DNA of 64,000 nt from NCBI GenBank assembly GCA_963701295.1, contig OY969585.1, positions 2,848,001 to 2,912,000 on the forward strand, in the 5' to 3' direction. The notes beneath the pieces are model-generated. The model was not told the DNA's origin, searched no databases, and saw only the letters and a list, made by a program, of their open reading frames with translations. The DNA comes from Ignavibacteriota bacterium (GTDB taxonomy: Bacteria > Bacteroidota > Ignavibacteria > UBA10030). How positions within the stretch are numbered: position 1 is the first letter of the stretch; each line of letters begins with the position of its first letter. A program made the translations under genes and the position numbers. Shown here one piece after another: positions 31,637 through 41,817 of this stretch.

Positions 31637-33133
31637 TTAATGATACATTGTAAATGTAAATTGGCATCCTCCTGTCGGTTTGTTCTCTACATCTATTGTC
31701 CAACCGAAACGCTGCGTTGCAATTTCATAGGCGATGTAGCAACCATAACCGGAATGTTGCTTCCCCATTGGTTCGCCAGAAGTTACGTGATCAAGAAATA
31801 TTTTTTTCACGCCACTTGCATCGAGTTCAAGAAGGTTTGGATCAACACCGTTACCATTATCCTCAATACGAATAGAGGATTGGCGTGTAGTAGGTTTATA
31901 CTTTGTCGTGATTACCACTCGTGTATTATCATTCCCTGAATGGTCCAATGCATTTTGAATAATAGGCTCAAATACTTCCCAAATCACATATTCATTAATA
32001 GCAACATCGGGCATTGCCGGATCGAGGTTCAATTCAAATGTAGCATATTCCTTTGAGACGCGCTTAAAGATGTTCTCAACAATGAATTGGATAGCATCAT
32101 TTACGTTGGTTCTGAACATTGGTCCCCGTATAGTTTGTATGGGTGGATTATACCATTTCATGTCGTAGATGACACGAGCAATAAAACTTGCATATTTATC
32201 GATTCGGTACTTTATCTGATCAATGTTTTCTGGCGTAAGGACTCGGAGATCTTCACTAATAAAACCGCCAATTTTTTCTGCTTTATGGTGCGTATGATAG
32301 ATCCGTTTTGTGAAAAGCATTTCATTTTGGTGGTTAATTTGCTCTGTAAGATGTTTCTTTTGCTCTTCAAAAAACAATCGCTGAATTTCATTACGCTCAT
32401 TGAGTGTGCGTGTCGAGATATAGAACATGGCAAACAGACCAAGAATAATTAAACCTGAGCACACAAACGCTGTTTTATTATAATTGGATGACATCTCTTG
32501 AGTGAGAAATGAAAGATTGGGAGTAATTTTCATGTATACGACACCAATGAATTCTCCGCGGGGAACGAATGGCATAAAAACATGAAAGGTCTGTTGTCCT
32601 TCTACTACCGTGATGGTTTGTTCGCACTTGATCAGTGAATCTTTCAGTTGAGTAAACAAACGAATCGCTTCAGAATGGGAATCTTCGCTCGCAATTTGTG
32701 CCGTGCCACCGCCGAAAAAATAGTTGAACAATTGCTGTCCATCATCAATTGCAATGATGGTATTGGGTTGCGGTATAAGGATACAAATACTTTTAACGTT
32801 TTTATTCAAAAGTTGCTGGCTAAATATAATATTATAATCCTGAACAATTTGACGACCTTCACTTTCAGTAAACTTGTTCTTCAAACTTTTGGATGCCAGC
32901 ATTAACTCTAACGAAGTAGCTGTCAGGTTCGCAATGCGTTCCGCTTCGTCTTGTTGATACCACTGCTGTGTTTGAACAAAAACTTGTTGCAGAGAGTTTT
33001 GGTTTAAATATAAAACGACAAATTGAAATGCAATGAGAACCAACGCCAGCACAATAAAATGTCGAATTTCAAATTGATACTTACGGTATCCTTCGAGAAT
33101 TTGGAACAGTCGTTTATTCATTTGTAATTTCAT
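31637..33133 (-). CDS. Membrane sensor histidine kinase (atypical H-box)
   Basis: Two TM segments around a periplasmic domain; RIYHTHHKAEK H-box candidate; IIQNALDH, IEDNGNGV, HSGYGCYIA HATPase boxes. Confidence 0.8.
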   Translation of the reverse strand: MKLQMNKRLFQILEGYRKYQFEIRHFIVLALVLIAFQFVVLYLNQNSLQQVFVQTQQWYQQDEAERIANLTATSLELMLASKSLKNKFTESEGRQIVQDYNIIFSQQLLNKNVKSICILIPQPNTIIAIDDGQQLFNYFFGGGTAQIASEDSHSEAIRLFTQLKDSLIKCEQTITVVEGQQTFHVFMPFVPRGEFIGVVYMKITPNLSFLTQEMSSNYNKTAFVCSGLIILGLFAMFYISTRTLNERNEIQRLFFEEQKKHLTEQINHQNEMLFTKRIYHTHHKAEKIGGFISEDLRVLTPENIDQIKYRIDKYASFIARVIYDMKWYNPPIQTIRGPMFRTNVNDAIQFIVENIFKRVSKEYATFELNLDPAMPDVAINEYVIWEVFEPIIQNALDHSGNDNTRVVITTKYKPTTRQSSIRIEDNGNGVDPNLLELDASGVKKIFLDHVTSGEPMGKQHSGYGCYIAYEIATQRFGWTIDVENKPTGGCQFTFTMYH

Positions 33134-34437
33134 TTGATCAGGATAGCATTCGATTGAATCATATCATTCGCCTGTTGAAGAGCATCTTTGACTGTGAGGT
33201 CTTGCTTAATAGCTAAATGTATAAAGTGAGAAATAATGTTTGAGGTTTTAGTGTATTCAACAAGAGCCGGACGATGGAATCCATCCTGCATTATTATTTT
33301 ATAGAAAGTAAGCTCAGGATGAAAACCTAGGAATATGGAATCTTGATACACCGAATTAACAACGGGCATATATCCAGCTCGTTCAAACAATAAGCGTTGA
33401 ATGTGATCGCTTTGCAGAAAACGGATGAACTCAACCGCTGCTTCCTTCTTTGTTGAGGACTTGGAAACCATAAGATTCCACCCTCCTAATACTGATGTAG
33501 GATTTTCTCCGTTGAAGTGCGGCAATGGTGCTCGCCCTATTTTGGAAAGTTTCACTGTATCTGGATAGAATTGTCTGAAATTTTCGATGAAATTTGGCCA
33601 GCCCCTCACAAAGACACCGTCATGATCAAGCATATAGCGATAGCTAAGGTTTTCTTCAAAGTCTAGTACAGCTATTGGTGACACGTTTGTTTTGACAAAT
33701 CCAACCATCATGGAGAGTGCTTCTTCAGCAGCTGAGGAAGTCAACGGAATCGAATTATTCTTGAAAAAATCTGGTCTACGACTTACGGCTACTTCAAAAT
33801 AATTACAGACTAAGCCCTCATAATCCTTCGCCTGGAAAATATAGAATGGTTTGTTTTCATATTTTAGTTGTTTTCGTAATTTTAACATTTCATCCCAGGT
33901 TATTGAGGACTGCAACCGTTGCTCGATCTCTTCAGCTTTGGGTAAACGACGTATGATATCTTTTCGATAATACATAAGTCCAACATCAATATACATTGGC
34001 ATAGCCACAAGGATCTGATCATATGTACAGGACTCTATAGCATAGGAAAGCAGTCGTTCCCTTTCTGCTTGCGAAAAATATTTATCCAAAGGTTCACTCC
34101 AGCGTGTGAATCGTGGTACCCAGATTAAGTCCACAGCAAATAGATCGATATCACTTTTACTTCGTAGAGATCGTATGAGGAGTTCTTTACGTTCGTTCGT
34201 ACTAAACTTCTCAAATGGTAGATTTACAGGAATAACTTCAATTCTTCCTCGATACAACCGATTGAATTCTTCGATCACTAACTTGTGACTATGGGAAATA
34301 TTATCTGCAAAATATACTTGTACTGGTTCGAGGGATCCTGAGCGCCTGAACACACCAGTGAATAATGAAAGCCAGCCTACGAGGATCATTGACAAAGTGA
34401 GTGCTAAAATAACGATAAACAGTTGTTTTTTATTCAT
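33130..34437 (-). CDS. Extracellular sugar solute-binding protein (ABC SBP family 1), membrane-anchored, no permease nearby
   Basis: DLFAVDLIWVPRF, AMPMYIDVGLMYYRKD, YEGLVCNYFE, FVRGWP, LGGWNLMVSKSS. Confidence 0.85.
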   Translation of the reverse strand: MNKKQLFIVILALTLSMILVGWLSLFTGVFRRSGSLEPVQVYFADNISHSHKLVIEEFNRLYRGRIEVIPVNLPFEKFSTNERKELLIRSLRSKSDIDLFAVDLIWVPRFTRWSEPLDKYFSQAERERLLSYAIESCTYDQILVAMPMYIDVGLMYYRKDIIRRLPKAEEIEQRLQSSITWDEMLKLRKQLKYENKPFYIFQAKDYEGLVCNYFEVAVSRRPDFFKNNSIPLTSSAAEEALSMMVGFVKTNVSPIAVLDFEENLSYRYMLDHDGVFVRGWPNFIENFRQFYPDTVKLSKIGRAPLPHFNGENPTSVLGGWNLMVSKSSTKKEAAVEFIRFLQSDHIQRLLFERAGYMPVVNSVYQDSIFLGFHPELTFYKIIMQDGFHRPALVEYTKTSNIISHFIHLAIKQDLTVKDALQQANDMIQSNAILIK

Positions 34438-34539
34438 ACTACATCAGATCAACTTTCCACAACAATCTATACCACATTTATTAGAGTTACAAGCGACTTG
34501 AGCAAAGAATATTTCAAAGACACGATAATTTAAGAACCA

Positions 34540-35117
34540 AAGACCTAAGTATGAATGTTTGACCTGTTTTCCATAGCAGAACTTATTTCACACCGCGAAT
34601 GCCAAGAACCAGAATAGATATTGATCAGAATTTTTGAATCAAATAATTGACAGGATAGAAAGCATCATAATTCTTCGATATGAAATAGAATTCCTAACAA
34701 ATATCTATGAATCTGCTTCAATCCGCGGTGTATTTCTTCAATGCCTGTATTTTCTTTACAGCCTTTCAGCCTGGACTGATAAAAGAGATAGCATGTTTCG
34801 ATCATGTCTTCCGATGTTTCGGTAAAAGACTGAACAATCGTATGATATTTACTTTCCTTAATGTGCGGGTTTGCAAACATTGGAGCTACCTTCAGAGGAT
34901 TTCTTGATTTGCAGTCAAGTCTACGGCATTCAGTAACTAAACCGAAAAAGATGATAACAATGAGTGTAAAGAGTCAAGGATAGTCTTAAATTCACCTCAA
35001 ATCTTCTAATGAGGATATTCGAATGATTCTAGGAAGAATTTTATCATATTCATGTATTTTATCGGAGGATATGACTGTTTTCAATACTGACAAATGGTTA
35101 TACGTCCATACTTCCAT
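34540..35117 (-). pseudogene. Degenerate ORF fragments downstream of the attC-like site (possible decayed cassette)
   Basis: Stop-interrupted frames (MEVWTYNHLSVLK...; ORF 34665..34880) begin just after the GTTAGGC core. No recognisable family. Confidence 0.25.
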
Positions 35118-35151
35118 CGAATAAGATCTTCTTTCTCTACCTTTATAAGCC

Positions 35152-35390
35152 GCCTAACGGACGGGCGCTAAATCCCGATTCGACTAAGAGTCGAATCGGG
35201 ATCCTGTACAGCGGGGCTGCAACGCTGATAACTTTCAAATCGTTGATAACGGAACGAGTTCATGCACAAAACTAAATTAACAACCACTTAAGTTATGATG
35301 TAAAATAAACAATATTAATTTACAAAAACCCATCACAAGCCATTCTTAATGTGCCACGCACATCTGGTCAGCTTGAGATCCTGGTTAGGG
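35152..35390 (-). mobile_element. Integron attC-like recombination site, interrupted in its L' box
   Basis: Seven nt after the GH16 stop: CCCTAAC-CAGGA-TCTCAAGCTGAC ... CAG[insert]TTAG-CGCCCGTCC-GTTAGGC. Complementary R boxes, and L''(CTCAAGCTG)/L'(CAG.TTAG) with an extrahelical base. Confidence 0.6.
35172..35202. repeat. Perfect 14-bp palindrome (REP-like ATCCCG...CGGGAT element)
   Basis: ATCCCGATTCGACT-AAG-AGTCGAATCGGGAT. Confidence 0.8.
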
Positions 35391-35397
35391 CGAAATA

Positions 35398-36450
35398 TTA
35401 TTTTAGCAAGACAAAATCCTTTGTCTCAATAAAAGATCCAGCCTGCAAACGATAAAAATAAATTCCACTCGACATCTTTATTGCATTCCATTGTCTTGTG
35501 TAGTTACCCGCCGATAATTCTTCCGAGACAATCGTTGTCACTTCTCTTCCTAACATATCAAATACTTTCAGTGAGACTGATGAACGTGATGGAAGATTAA
35601 AAGAGAATGTTGTCGTTGGATTAAAAGGATTAGGATAGTTTTGTAAGAGTTCGTAATGATCCGGAAGTTTATAATTAGTTTCTCCAACAGAATTATTCCC
35701 TTGTTGATAGACTCTCACATAGTCAACAGACATCGTGTCCGGAAATTGTGTTGAACTGTTAGGATTTCCCGGCCAATTGCCGCCAACTGCTAAATTGAGA
35801 GCAATAAAAAAAGGAAGATGAAATGCCTCTGTACTATTTATATTACTTGCGATATTTCCTGTCCAATATTGATTACCATCAAGAGACCAGTTGATCGAAT
35901 TAGAATTCCATTCAATAGAATACACATGGTATTGAGTGACATCGCAAGATATACTTCCTCCATACTGTGCATTACCGTTATTTTCCCAATGCATTGTTCC
36001 ATAGATTGTCGGTGTGCCATTTATATTTTCCATAATATCAATTTCGCCACATTCAGGCCAGCCAACCTGTGTGATATTACTTCCTAACATCCAAAATGCA
36101 GGCCACATTCCTTGTCCCACAGGAAGTTTGATTCTGGCCTCTATTTTTCCATAGGTAATACTTGTCAGTCCTTGAGTTTTAATGCGTGCTGAAGTGTAAT
36201 TGGATCCGTTATAAGATTCCTGTTTCGCAATGATTAAAAGATTTCCATTGCTAACTTTTGCATTATCTTGGCGATTTGTATAACACTCAAGTTCGCTATT
36301 TCCCCAGCCACCTGTACCGATATCGTACGTCCAATTATTCGTGTTAATACTAGTGCTATCAAACTCATCTGACCAAATAAGGCCCCAAGTTTGTCCTTTG
36401 CATGGAAGAAGAATAAATAGAATTAGAAAGGAAAGACAAATTATTTTCAT
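35398..36450 (-). CDS. GH16 laminarinase-type endo-beta-1,3-glucanase with T9SS type A C-terminal domain
   Basis: LIWSDEFD, GWGNSELECYT, YTSARI, WPAFWMLG, WPECGEIDIMEN (ExDxxE catalytic motif), NLAVGGNWPG, VDYVRVY; C-terminus QNYPNPFNP...SGIYFYRL. Confidence 0.93.
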   Translation of the reverse strand: MKIICLSFLILFILLPCKGQTWGLIWSDEFDSTSINTNNWTYDIGTGGWGNSELECYTNRQDNAKVSNGNLLIIAKQESYNGSNYTSARIKTQGLTSITYGKIEARIKLPVGQGMWPAFWMLGSNITQVGWPECGEIDIMENINGTPTIYGTMHWENNGNAQYGGSISCDVTQYHVYSIEWNSNSINWSLDGNQYWTGNIASNINSTEAFHLPFFIALNLAVGGNWPGNPNSSTQFPDTMSVDYVRVYQQGNNSVGETNYKLPDHYELLQNYPNPFNPTTTFSFNLPSRSSVSLKVFDMLGREVTTIVSEELSAGNYTRQWNAIKMSSGIYFYRLQAGSFIETKDFVLLK

Positions 36451-36838
36451 TTTGATTTTCCATATTATTGAATGTGTGATTCTATCATTGTATCAAGCAA
36501 TGATTGATTCCTATCTGTTATCTGGCTTAAGGATGATTCATAAAATATTCCTATTATATATATTAGTAATTTATGTATTAAGAACAGAACTATGAAGCGT
36601 ACTATAGATGAGCTCAAGTAAATGACAATTGCACCTAATGACCTGCCCACGTATTGTGTGCCAATGATAAGTTAGTATTTTTTCATTATCAAGTACTGGC
36701 TACCTGACAAGGGAAATAAGTTTCTGGTGCTGGAGGACGATATCCCAATGCACTGTGTGGCCTGATTCTGTAATATACTTTTTACTAAGTTTAAATTAGT
36801 CCACTTTTTCGGAGGCAGGTCAGTCTTTAGAAGGAAGG

Positions 36839-36881
36839 ACGGGTTTAGGACCGCTGCTTTATCCATCTGAGCTACGGGGGC
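36839..36881 (-). pseudogene. Truncated tRNA-Arg(CCT): 5' half only
   Basis: GCCCCCG-TA-GCTCAGATGGATAAAGC-A-GCGGT-CCTAA-ACCCGT gives the acceptor 5' strand, D-arm and a damaged anticodon arm. No T-arm (GTTCGA) or 3' acceptor strand follows. Confidence 0.7.
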
Positions 36882-36901
36882 ATACTATATTCACCTTAAA
36901 T

Positions 36902-36932
36902 CAAATATACGACAACATCACAGTTATATCAA
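36902..36932 (-). promoter_or_regulatory. Bacteroidota-type -33/-7 promoter upstream of the tRNA remnant
   Basis: TTG-N20-TATATTTG, about 20 nt before the tRNA 5' end. Confidence 0.45.
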
Positions 36933-36939
36933 CTCTGTG

Positions 36940-37728
36940 TTATAATGAGTATTGATCCGGTTTTCGCCCTTTAAGCATGTGATTGTATTCATTGATCTGC
37001 TTTTTATCGGCAAGAGCTAAATCTATATCGGCAACAGAAATGCCAGGTTCTCTTTCCCCAAGCCTACAAAGAATTTCACCGTTTGGCGCCACGATCTCGC
37101 TTGCCCCAATGAATTTCAAATCAACACCACCTCAATTTTCCTCTCCCACCCGATCAGCTGTGGCAGTAAATACTTTATTTTCCAAAGCACGTGTGACCAT
37201 GCTATCTGGGCAGTTTGGAAGAACGAGATTTGAAGGGTGAGCAATGAGCTGCGCTCCCTTCAGTGCAAGTGATCTCGCACTTTCGGGATAGAGCCAATCG
37301 AAACAAATCATCATCCCAATTTTTCCAAATGGCAAATCGAAGACAGAGAAACCAAGATTCCCAGACGCAAATAAAATATTTTCTCGATAAAATAAATGCA
37401 CTTTTCGGTACACACCGATGAAACCTTCAGGGCCAATAAGAGACGAGGAATTATATATCGCGTCAGCTTTCTCTGCAAATCCATATGCAATATAGCACAT
37501 TTGTTTTTTTGTGAATTCGCAAAGCATTCTACAAGTCATTCCATCTGCTTCCTCCGCCAATGTAGCCGATTCTTTTTGGTCAATAAAATTATATCCCGTA
37601 TTAAAAAGTTCTGGAAGCACATAAAGATCAGCTTTAACTGTTTCCATCAAATCCAAAGCATCTTGAATATTCTTTTTGACTTCACCAAATATCGGATTTG
37701 TTTGAACAACCGCTACGTGCACCTTCAT
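36940..37728 (-). CDS. Carbon-nitrogen hydrolase (nitrilase family) with an in-frame TGA at 37132-37134
   Basis: LPELFNTGY, YRKVHLF, MICFDW (E-K-C triad). The frame continues after TGA as GGVDLKFIGASEIVAPNGEIL...GRKPDQYSL* to 36940. Confidence 0.85.
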
Positions 37729-37751
37729 CCTATTCTTCCTATTTATTTCTG

Positions 37752-37946
37752 TTACATTTCATCAACAATTTCCTGTGCTTGGTTACCGCGAATTTCTTCT
37801 GTGAGTCGAAGCTGCAAGATGGATTTTTGTAATTTTATTGTTTGATGGTTCGGCGTTAATAAAATCATAACAATTGAAACAGAAATGAGTACACCAGTGA
37901 AAAGTACAATTATTTTTGTTATCAATATTGAGCTTAATTTATTCAA
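37752..37946 (-). CDS. Small single-TM hypothetical protein
   Basis: 64-aa ORF filling the gap between co-oriented genes; one hydrophobic helix. Confidence 0.45.
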   Translation of the reverse strand: MNKLSSILITKIIVLFTGVLISVSIVMILLTPNHQTIKLQKSILQLRLTEEIRGNQAQEIVDEM

Positions 37947-37952
37947 TAATTT

Positions 37953-39584
37953 CTATCCCTCGTGTTTGATCTTAAAATCTTTCATCATCCATTTTCGTGC
38001 AAGCAACAATAAAATTGGACTCATGACTGCAATAAGCCCAAAGATGAGCCACATTTGTCCCGTATCTTTCGGGCCCTCTGCTGGACAGTAACGCTCCATT
38101 ATTTGGCCCGAATAGAGTAGTGGAACGAGAAACTTTGTAAGAAACCATGGGAGTTGTGCCACTCCCTGGTATTGTCCTGCTCGATCTGCTGGCGCAATTT
38201 CAGTAGCGTATTGAAGAAAACGTGCCGACCACATAGCTTCACCAATTGTCATGAGAATGATGTATGCAATAAGGGTTAGAGGAGTCGGACCAAGTGCCAG
38301 AATAAATGCTGAGGAACCCATAACGAACGTTCCCCAGACCATCATATTATATACATTTCTTTTGTACGTGAGTGCCGTAATTACCGGTACAAGTATGAAG
38401 ATAAGAATAGGATTTGCGTTGGATGCAATCTCATAGTACTCGCCGATCCAACCGCCAGCGAAAGCCCGTGAAATATATTGAGGCAACACAAGCCAATTAT
38501 ATGTAAAGAGTGTCTGCACCGGCATAAGTGCGAAGATAAAGAAAAAAAACCTCGGGTCTGCTAAGGGATGTGCAGCAACCCAATGAATGACAGGGGCTTT
38601 GAAGCGATCCGGTAAAAGTGCGATGATAATAGGAACTGCAAGCACAATCGCTTCGAGGATATAACACCATGGATCAGGAACTCGAAAATAGATTGCAATC
38701 AGAATACCGGCAAGAACGATCCACGAAGTGATAGGCACTTTTAATGGGATGGACAGCTTTTCTTTGTCAGTTTTCTGTTGTTCTGTTTCAAGGAATTTGC
38801 TGTCCGATTTCATCAAAGCATTTTCTGCATTTACACTTGCGATTGTTTTCTCAACTGTTTTTTTTGACAATACAAAGATGGTCACAAGCAGCGAAACAAG
38901 AGTGAGAACAGTGTAAACCCAAAAAGTCCCATTTATGCCGAGGCCTAGAAATTTGTCATCACGCAGCAGGAATGCCATCATTGCCAACGATGAACCGGCG
39001 TTCATAAGCGCATAAAGCATTGCATATGCCATAGACGCTGTTTTAGGAGTAGTGAATTGTCGAACGGCAGCATAAGCGGCAGGTTGATAGACACCATATC
39101 CTATAACAACAAAAATAATCCCTACCATTGTGAGAATGTGCAAGGATGACCAGACTCCGTTTGGCACCATCCCGAAGATCGTTGGAGCAGCCGACATCAC
39201 GATCCTTCCTATCAGGAGAAATACGAATGAAAATATTAGAGCGCGGCGGACACCCAACTTGTCCGGTACAAAGCCTAAGAGGACCATAGCGATTGCGATA
39301 CCGGCAGTCAGAACCATGACCATTTCGTGAGACCATATATCTGCATGCTCGACACCTTGGAAGACGAAATCTGAAAAATGAATAGCTAAATATGTAAGAA
39401 TCCCAAAGTAGGACAGTCCTTCAATCATATAAGCTAGATTCACTCCCCATAACGCACGCGGAGCATGCACCAGATCAATAAACGGTTGAGTGATTTCATT
39501 CCAGGTCTTTCGCAATACACTTTCAGCCTGTTGGTCTTGTGTCGGATTTATTTTAGTCATACGATCCTTTGTTTTTTTATGCAC
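37953..39584 (-). CDS. MFS transporter (POT/peptide-transporter-like)
   Basis: Many TM segments; EGLSYFG, DKLGVRRAL, YAMLYALMNAG, TIGEAMWSARF, APADRAGQYQG. Confidence 0.8.
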   Translation of the reverse strand: MHKKTKDRMTKINPTQDQQAESVLRKTWNEITQPFIDLVHAPRALWGVNLAYMIEGLSYFGILTYLAIHFSDFVFQGVEHADIWSHEMVMVLTAGIAIAMVLLGFVPDKLGVRRALIFSFVFLLIGRIVMSAAPTIFGMVPNGVWSSLHILTMVGIIFVVIGYGVYQPAAYAAVRQFTTPKTASMAYAMLYALMNAGSSLAMMAFLLRDDKFLGLGINGTFWVYTVLTLVSLLVTIFVLSKKTVEKTIASVNAENALMKSDSKFLETEQQKTDKEKLSIPLKVPITSWIVLAGILIAIYFRVPDPWCYILEAIVLAVPIIIALLPDRFKAPVIHWVAAHPLADPRFFFFIFALMPVQTLFTYNWLVLPQYISRAFAGGWIGEYYEIASNANPILIFILVPVITALTYKRNVYNMMVWGTFVMGSSAFILALGPTPLTLIAYIILMTIGEAMWSARFLQYATEIAPADRAGQYQGVAQLPWFLTKFLVPLLYSGQIMERYCPAEGPKDTGQMWLIFGLIAVMSPILLLLARKWMMKDFKIKHEG

Positions 39585-39606
39585 GATGCAAACACCTAAG
39601 ACATAT

Positions 39607-41817
39607 TTATGGGATACGCTTTAAGAAAACAGCAGCAAGCGGCGGCAGTGATAAATTTAAAGAGAACTGCCTGCCATGATGCGGTATGGATTCAGCTTTT
39701 ATTTTTCCAATGTTGCCGACATTGCTCCCTTGATAGTAGGAAGAATCACTATTCAGAATCTCTCGATACTGCCCTTCGTCCGGAACACCGAGACGATAAT
39801 TTATTCGAGGCACCGGTGTAAAGTTGTAGACAACGATAACTTTTTCAAGTCCATCATTCGATTTCCGCATAAGCGCTATAATGCTGTTCGCCTTGTCCTG
39901 GAAATCAATCCATTCAAATCCGGAATAGTGAAAATCCACTTGATGCAGCGCACTTTCTTCACGATAGACATGATTCAAGTCCGTTATCCATTTTTGGATA
40001 CCGGCATGCGGTAAGTATTGGGTAAGATGCCAGTCCAGTGATTTGTCGTGATTCCACTCGTCTCGTTGTCCGAATTCTCCACCCATAAAGATTAATTTTT
40101 TTCCGGGAAATCCAAACATCAATCCAAACAGAAGTCGAAGGTTGGCAAACTTTTGCCAATCATCTCCCGGCATTTTGTGGAGTAAAGAAGATTTGCCGTG
40201 AACCACTTCGTCATGGGAAAGCGGCAATAAAAATCGTTCTGTAAATGCGTATAACAACGCAAATGTAAGATTGTTATGGTGATGAGTTCGATGAATTGGG
40301 TCTTTAGAAAAGTATTGCAGCATATCGTGCATCCAGCCCATGTTCCACTTCAGACTGAAACCAAGTCCGCCATACGCTAGATCTGTCGTCACACCGGGAT
40401 AAGCAGTTGATTCTTCTGCAATTGTAAGAACACCCGGATAATATTGATGCATGAGCCGTGTCGTATCTTTCAGGAAAGCAATGGCTTCTAAATTCTCGCG
40501 TCCACCATATTCATTGGGAACCCACTGACCTTCTTTTCGTGAATAATCAAGATACAACATCGAAGCGACTGCATCAATCCTAAGACCATCAATGTGATAT
40601 TTATCGAGCCAAAAGAGTGCATTGCTGATAAGAAAATTGCGAACTTCTTTCCGCCCGTAATTGAAAATAAACGTACCCCAATCTTGATGTTCGCCTTTTC
40701 GTGGATCCGCGTGTTCATACAAATGCGTTCCATCAAATTCGCCAAGTGCGTATTGATCCTTTGGAAAATGAGCTGGCACCCAATCGAGAATGACACCGAT
40801 ACCATTCTGGTGAAAAGTATCTACAAAGAACATAAAGTCTTGGGGAGCACCGAATCGGCTGGTGGGTGCAAAATAGCCGGTCACTTGATATCCCCATGAT
40901 GCGTCGAATGGGTGTTCCATCACAGGCAGAAGTTCAATATGTGTAAAACCTCGCTCTTGCACATATGCCACTATTCTCTCTGCCAATTCTCGATAGGTGA
41001 GCCAACGGCTGTTTTCTTCAGGAATGCGTGCCCAAGAACCAAGGTGTACTTCATAGATGGAAATCGGTTCACCAAGATGATCGGATTTCGCACGGCTTTT
41101 CATCCACTCTGCATCATTCCATATATATTGTTGAAGAAAGTTCACTTTCGAGGCAGTGCGAGGCCGCAGTTCCATTTCAGTTGAGTATGGATCTGCCTTA
41201 TCCAGCACATATCCGGATTTTGTTTTCACCTGAAATTTATAAATTTCACCTTCCGGTAATTCCGGTACAAATATTTCCCATACACCGGAAGCTCCCAGCA
41301 CACGCATTGCATGTCTTCGTCGGTCCCAATGGTTAAAGTTCCCGACAACGCTCACGCTTCGCGCATTGGGCGCCCATACTGCAAACTGAACTCCGCTTAC
41401 TCCGTTGACTTCGATAGCATGTGCACCTAACTTATCATAGATACGATGATGGTCACCGGCATTAAATAAATACAAGTCAAGGTCGGTCAAAGTGGGAAGA
41501 AATGAATAAGAATCATGATGAATATTCATTGTACCATCATATTTTATTTTCTTGAACTTGTATGGAAATACATCTGAATGATTCTTCAGAACTACTTCGA
41601 AAAATCCATCTTCCATAATCTTTTCCATCGGATAAGTATTTGCGGTCTTGTCATCTTCTACCACACACATTTCCCTTGCATCAGGTTGGAATGCCCGCAC
41701 AACAACGACATGCTTCCCTTCCCTCTTGAGAATGTGTGCACCTAACACAGAAAATGGATCATGATGTTCCGTGTAGATAATGCGATAAATGTCGTCAATG
41801 TGTGCTGTTGATTTCAT
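39607..41817 (-). CDS. glgB: 1,4-alpha-glucan branching enzyme (GH13)
   Basis: [74 protein letters not shown]. Confidence 0.97.
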   Translation of the reverse strand: MKSTAHIDDIYRIIYTEHHDPFSVLGAHILKREGKHVVVVRAFQPDAREMCVVEDDKTANTYPMEKIMEDGFFEVVLKNHSDVFPYKFKKIKYDGTMNIHHDSYSFLPTLTDLDLYLFNAGDHHRIYDKLGAHAIEVNGVSGVQFAVWAPNARSVSVVGNFNHWDRRRHAMRVLGASGVWEIFVPELPEGEIYKFQVKTKSGYVLDKADPYSTEMELRPRTASKVNFLQQYIWNDAEWMKSRAKSDHLGEPISIYEVHLGSWARIPEENSRWLTYRELAERIVAYVQERGFTHIELLPVMEHPFDASWGYQVTGYFAPTSRFGAPQDFMFFVDTFHQNGIGVILDWVPAHFPKDQYALGEFDGTHLYEHADPRKGEHQDWGTFIFNYGRKEVRNFLISNALFWLDKYHIDGLRIDAVASMLYLDYSRKEGQWVPNEYGGRENLEAIAFLKDTTRLMHQYYPGVLTIAEESTAYPGVTTDLAYGGLGFSLKWNMGWMHDMLQYFSKDPIHRTHHHNNLTFALLYAFTERFLLPLSHDEVVHGKSSLLHKMPGDDWQKFANLRLLFGLMFGFPGKKLIFMGGEFGQRDEWNHDKSLDWHLTQYLPHAGIQKWITDLNHVYREESALHQVDFHYSGFEWIDFQDKANSIIALMRKSNDGLEKVIVVYNFTPVPRINYRLGVPDEGQYREILNSDSSYYQGSNVGNIGKIKAESIPHHGRQFSLNLSLPPLAAVFLKRIP

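Noticed and set aside
36672-36866. 64-aa ORF overlapping the tRNA remnant (and 36465..36650)
   Set aside because: It starts inside the tRNA D-loop and has no SD or motifs; probably a chance ORF.
37132-37134. Selenocysteine or alternative genetic code at the in-frame TGA
   Set aside because: The site is not the catalytic Cys, no SECIS-like hairpin is evident, and TGA is a normal stop in many genes here.
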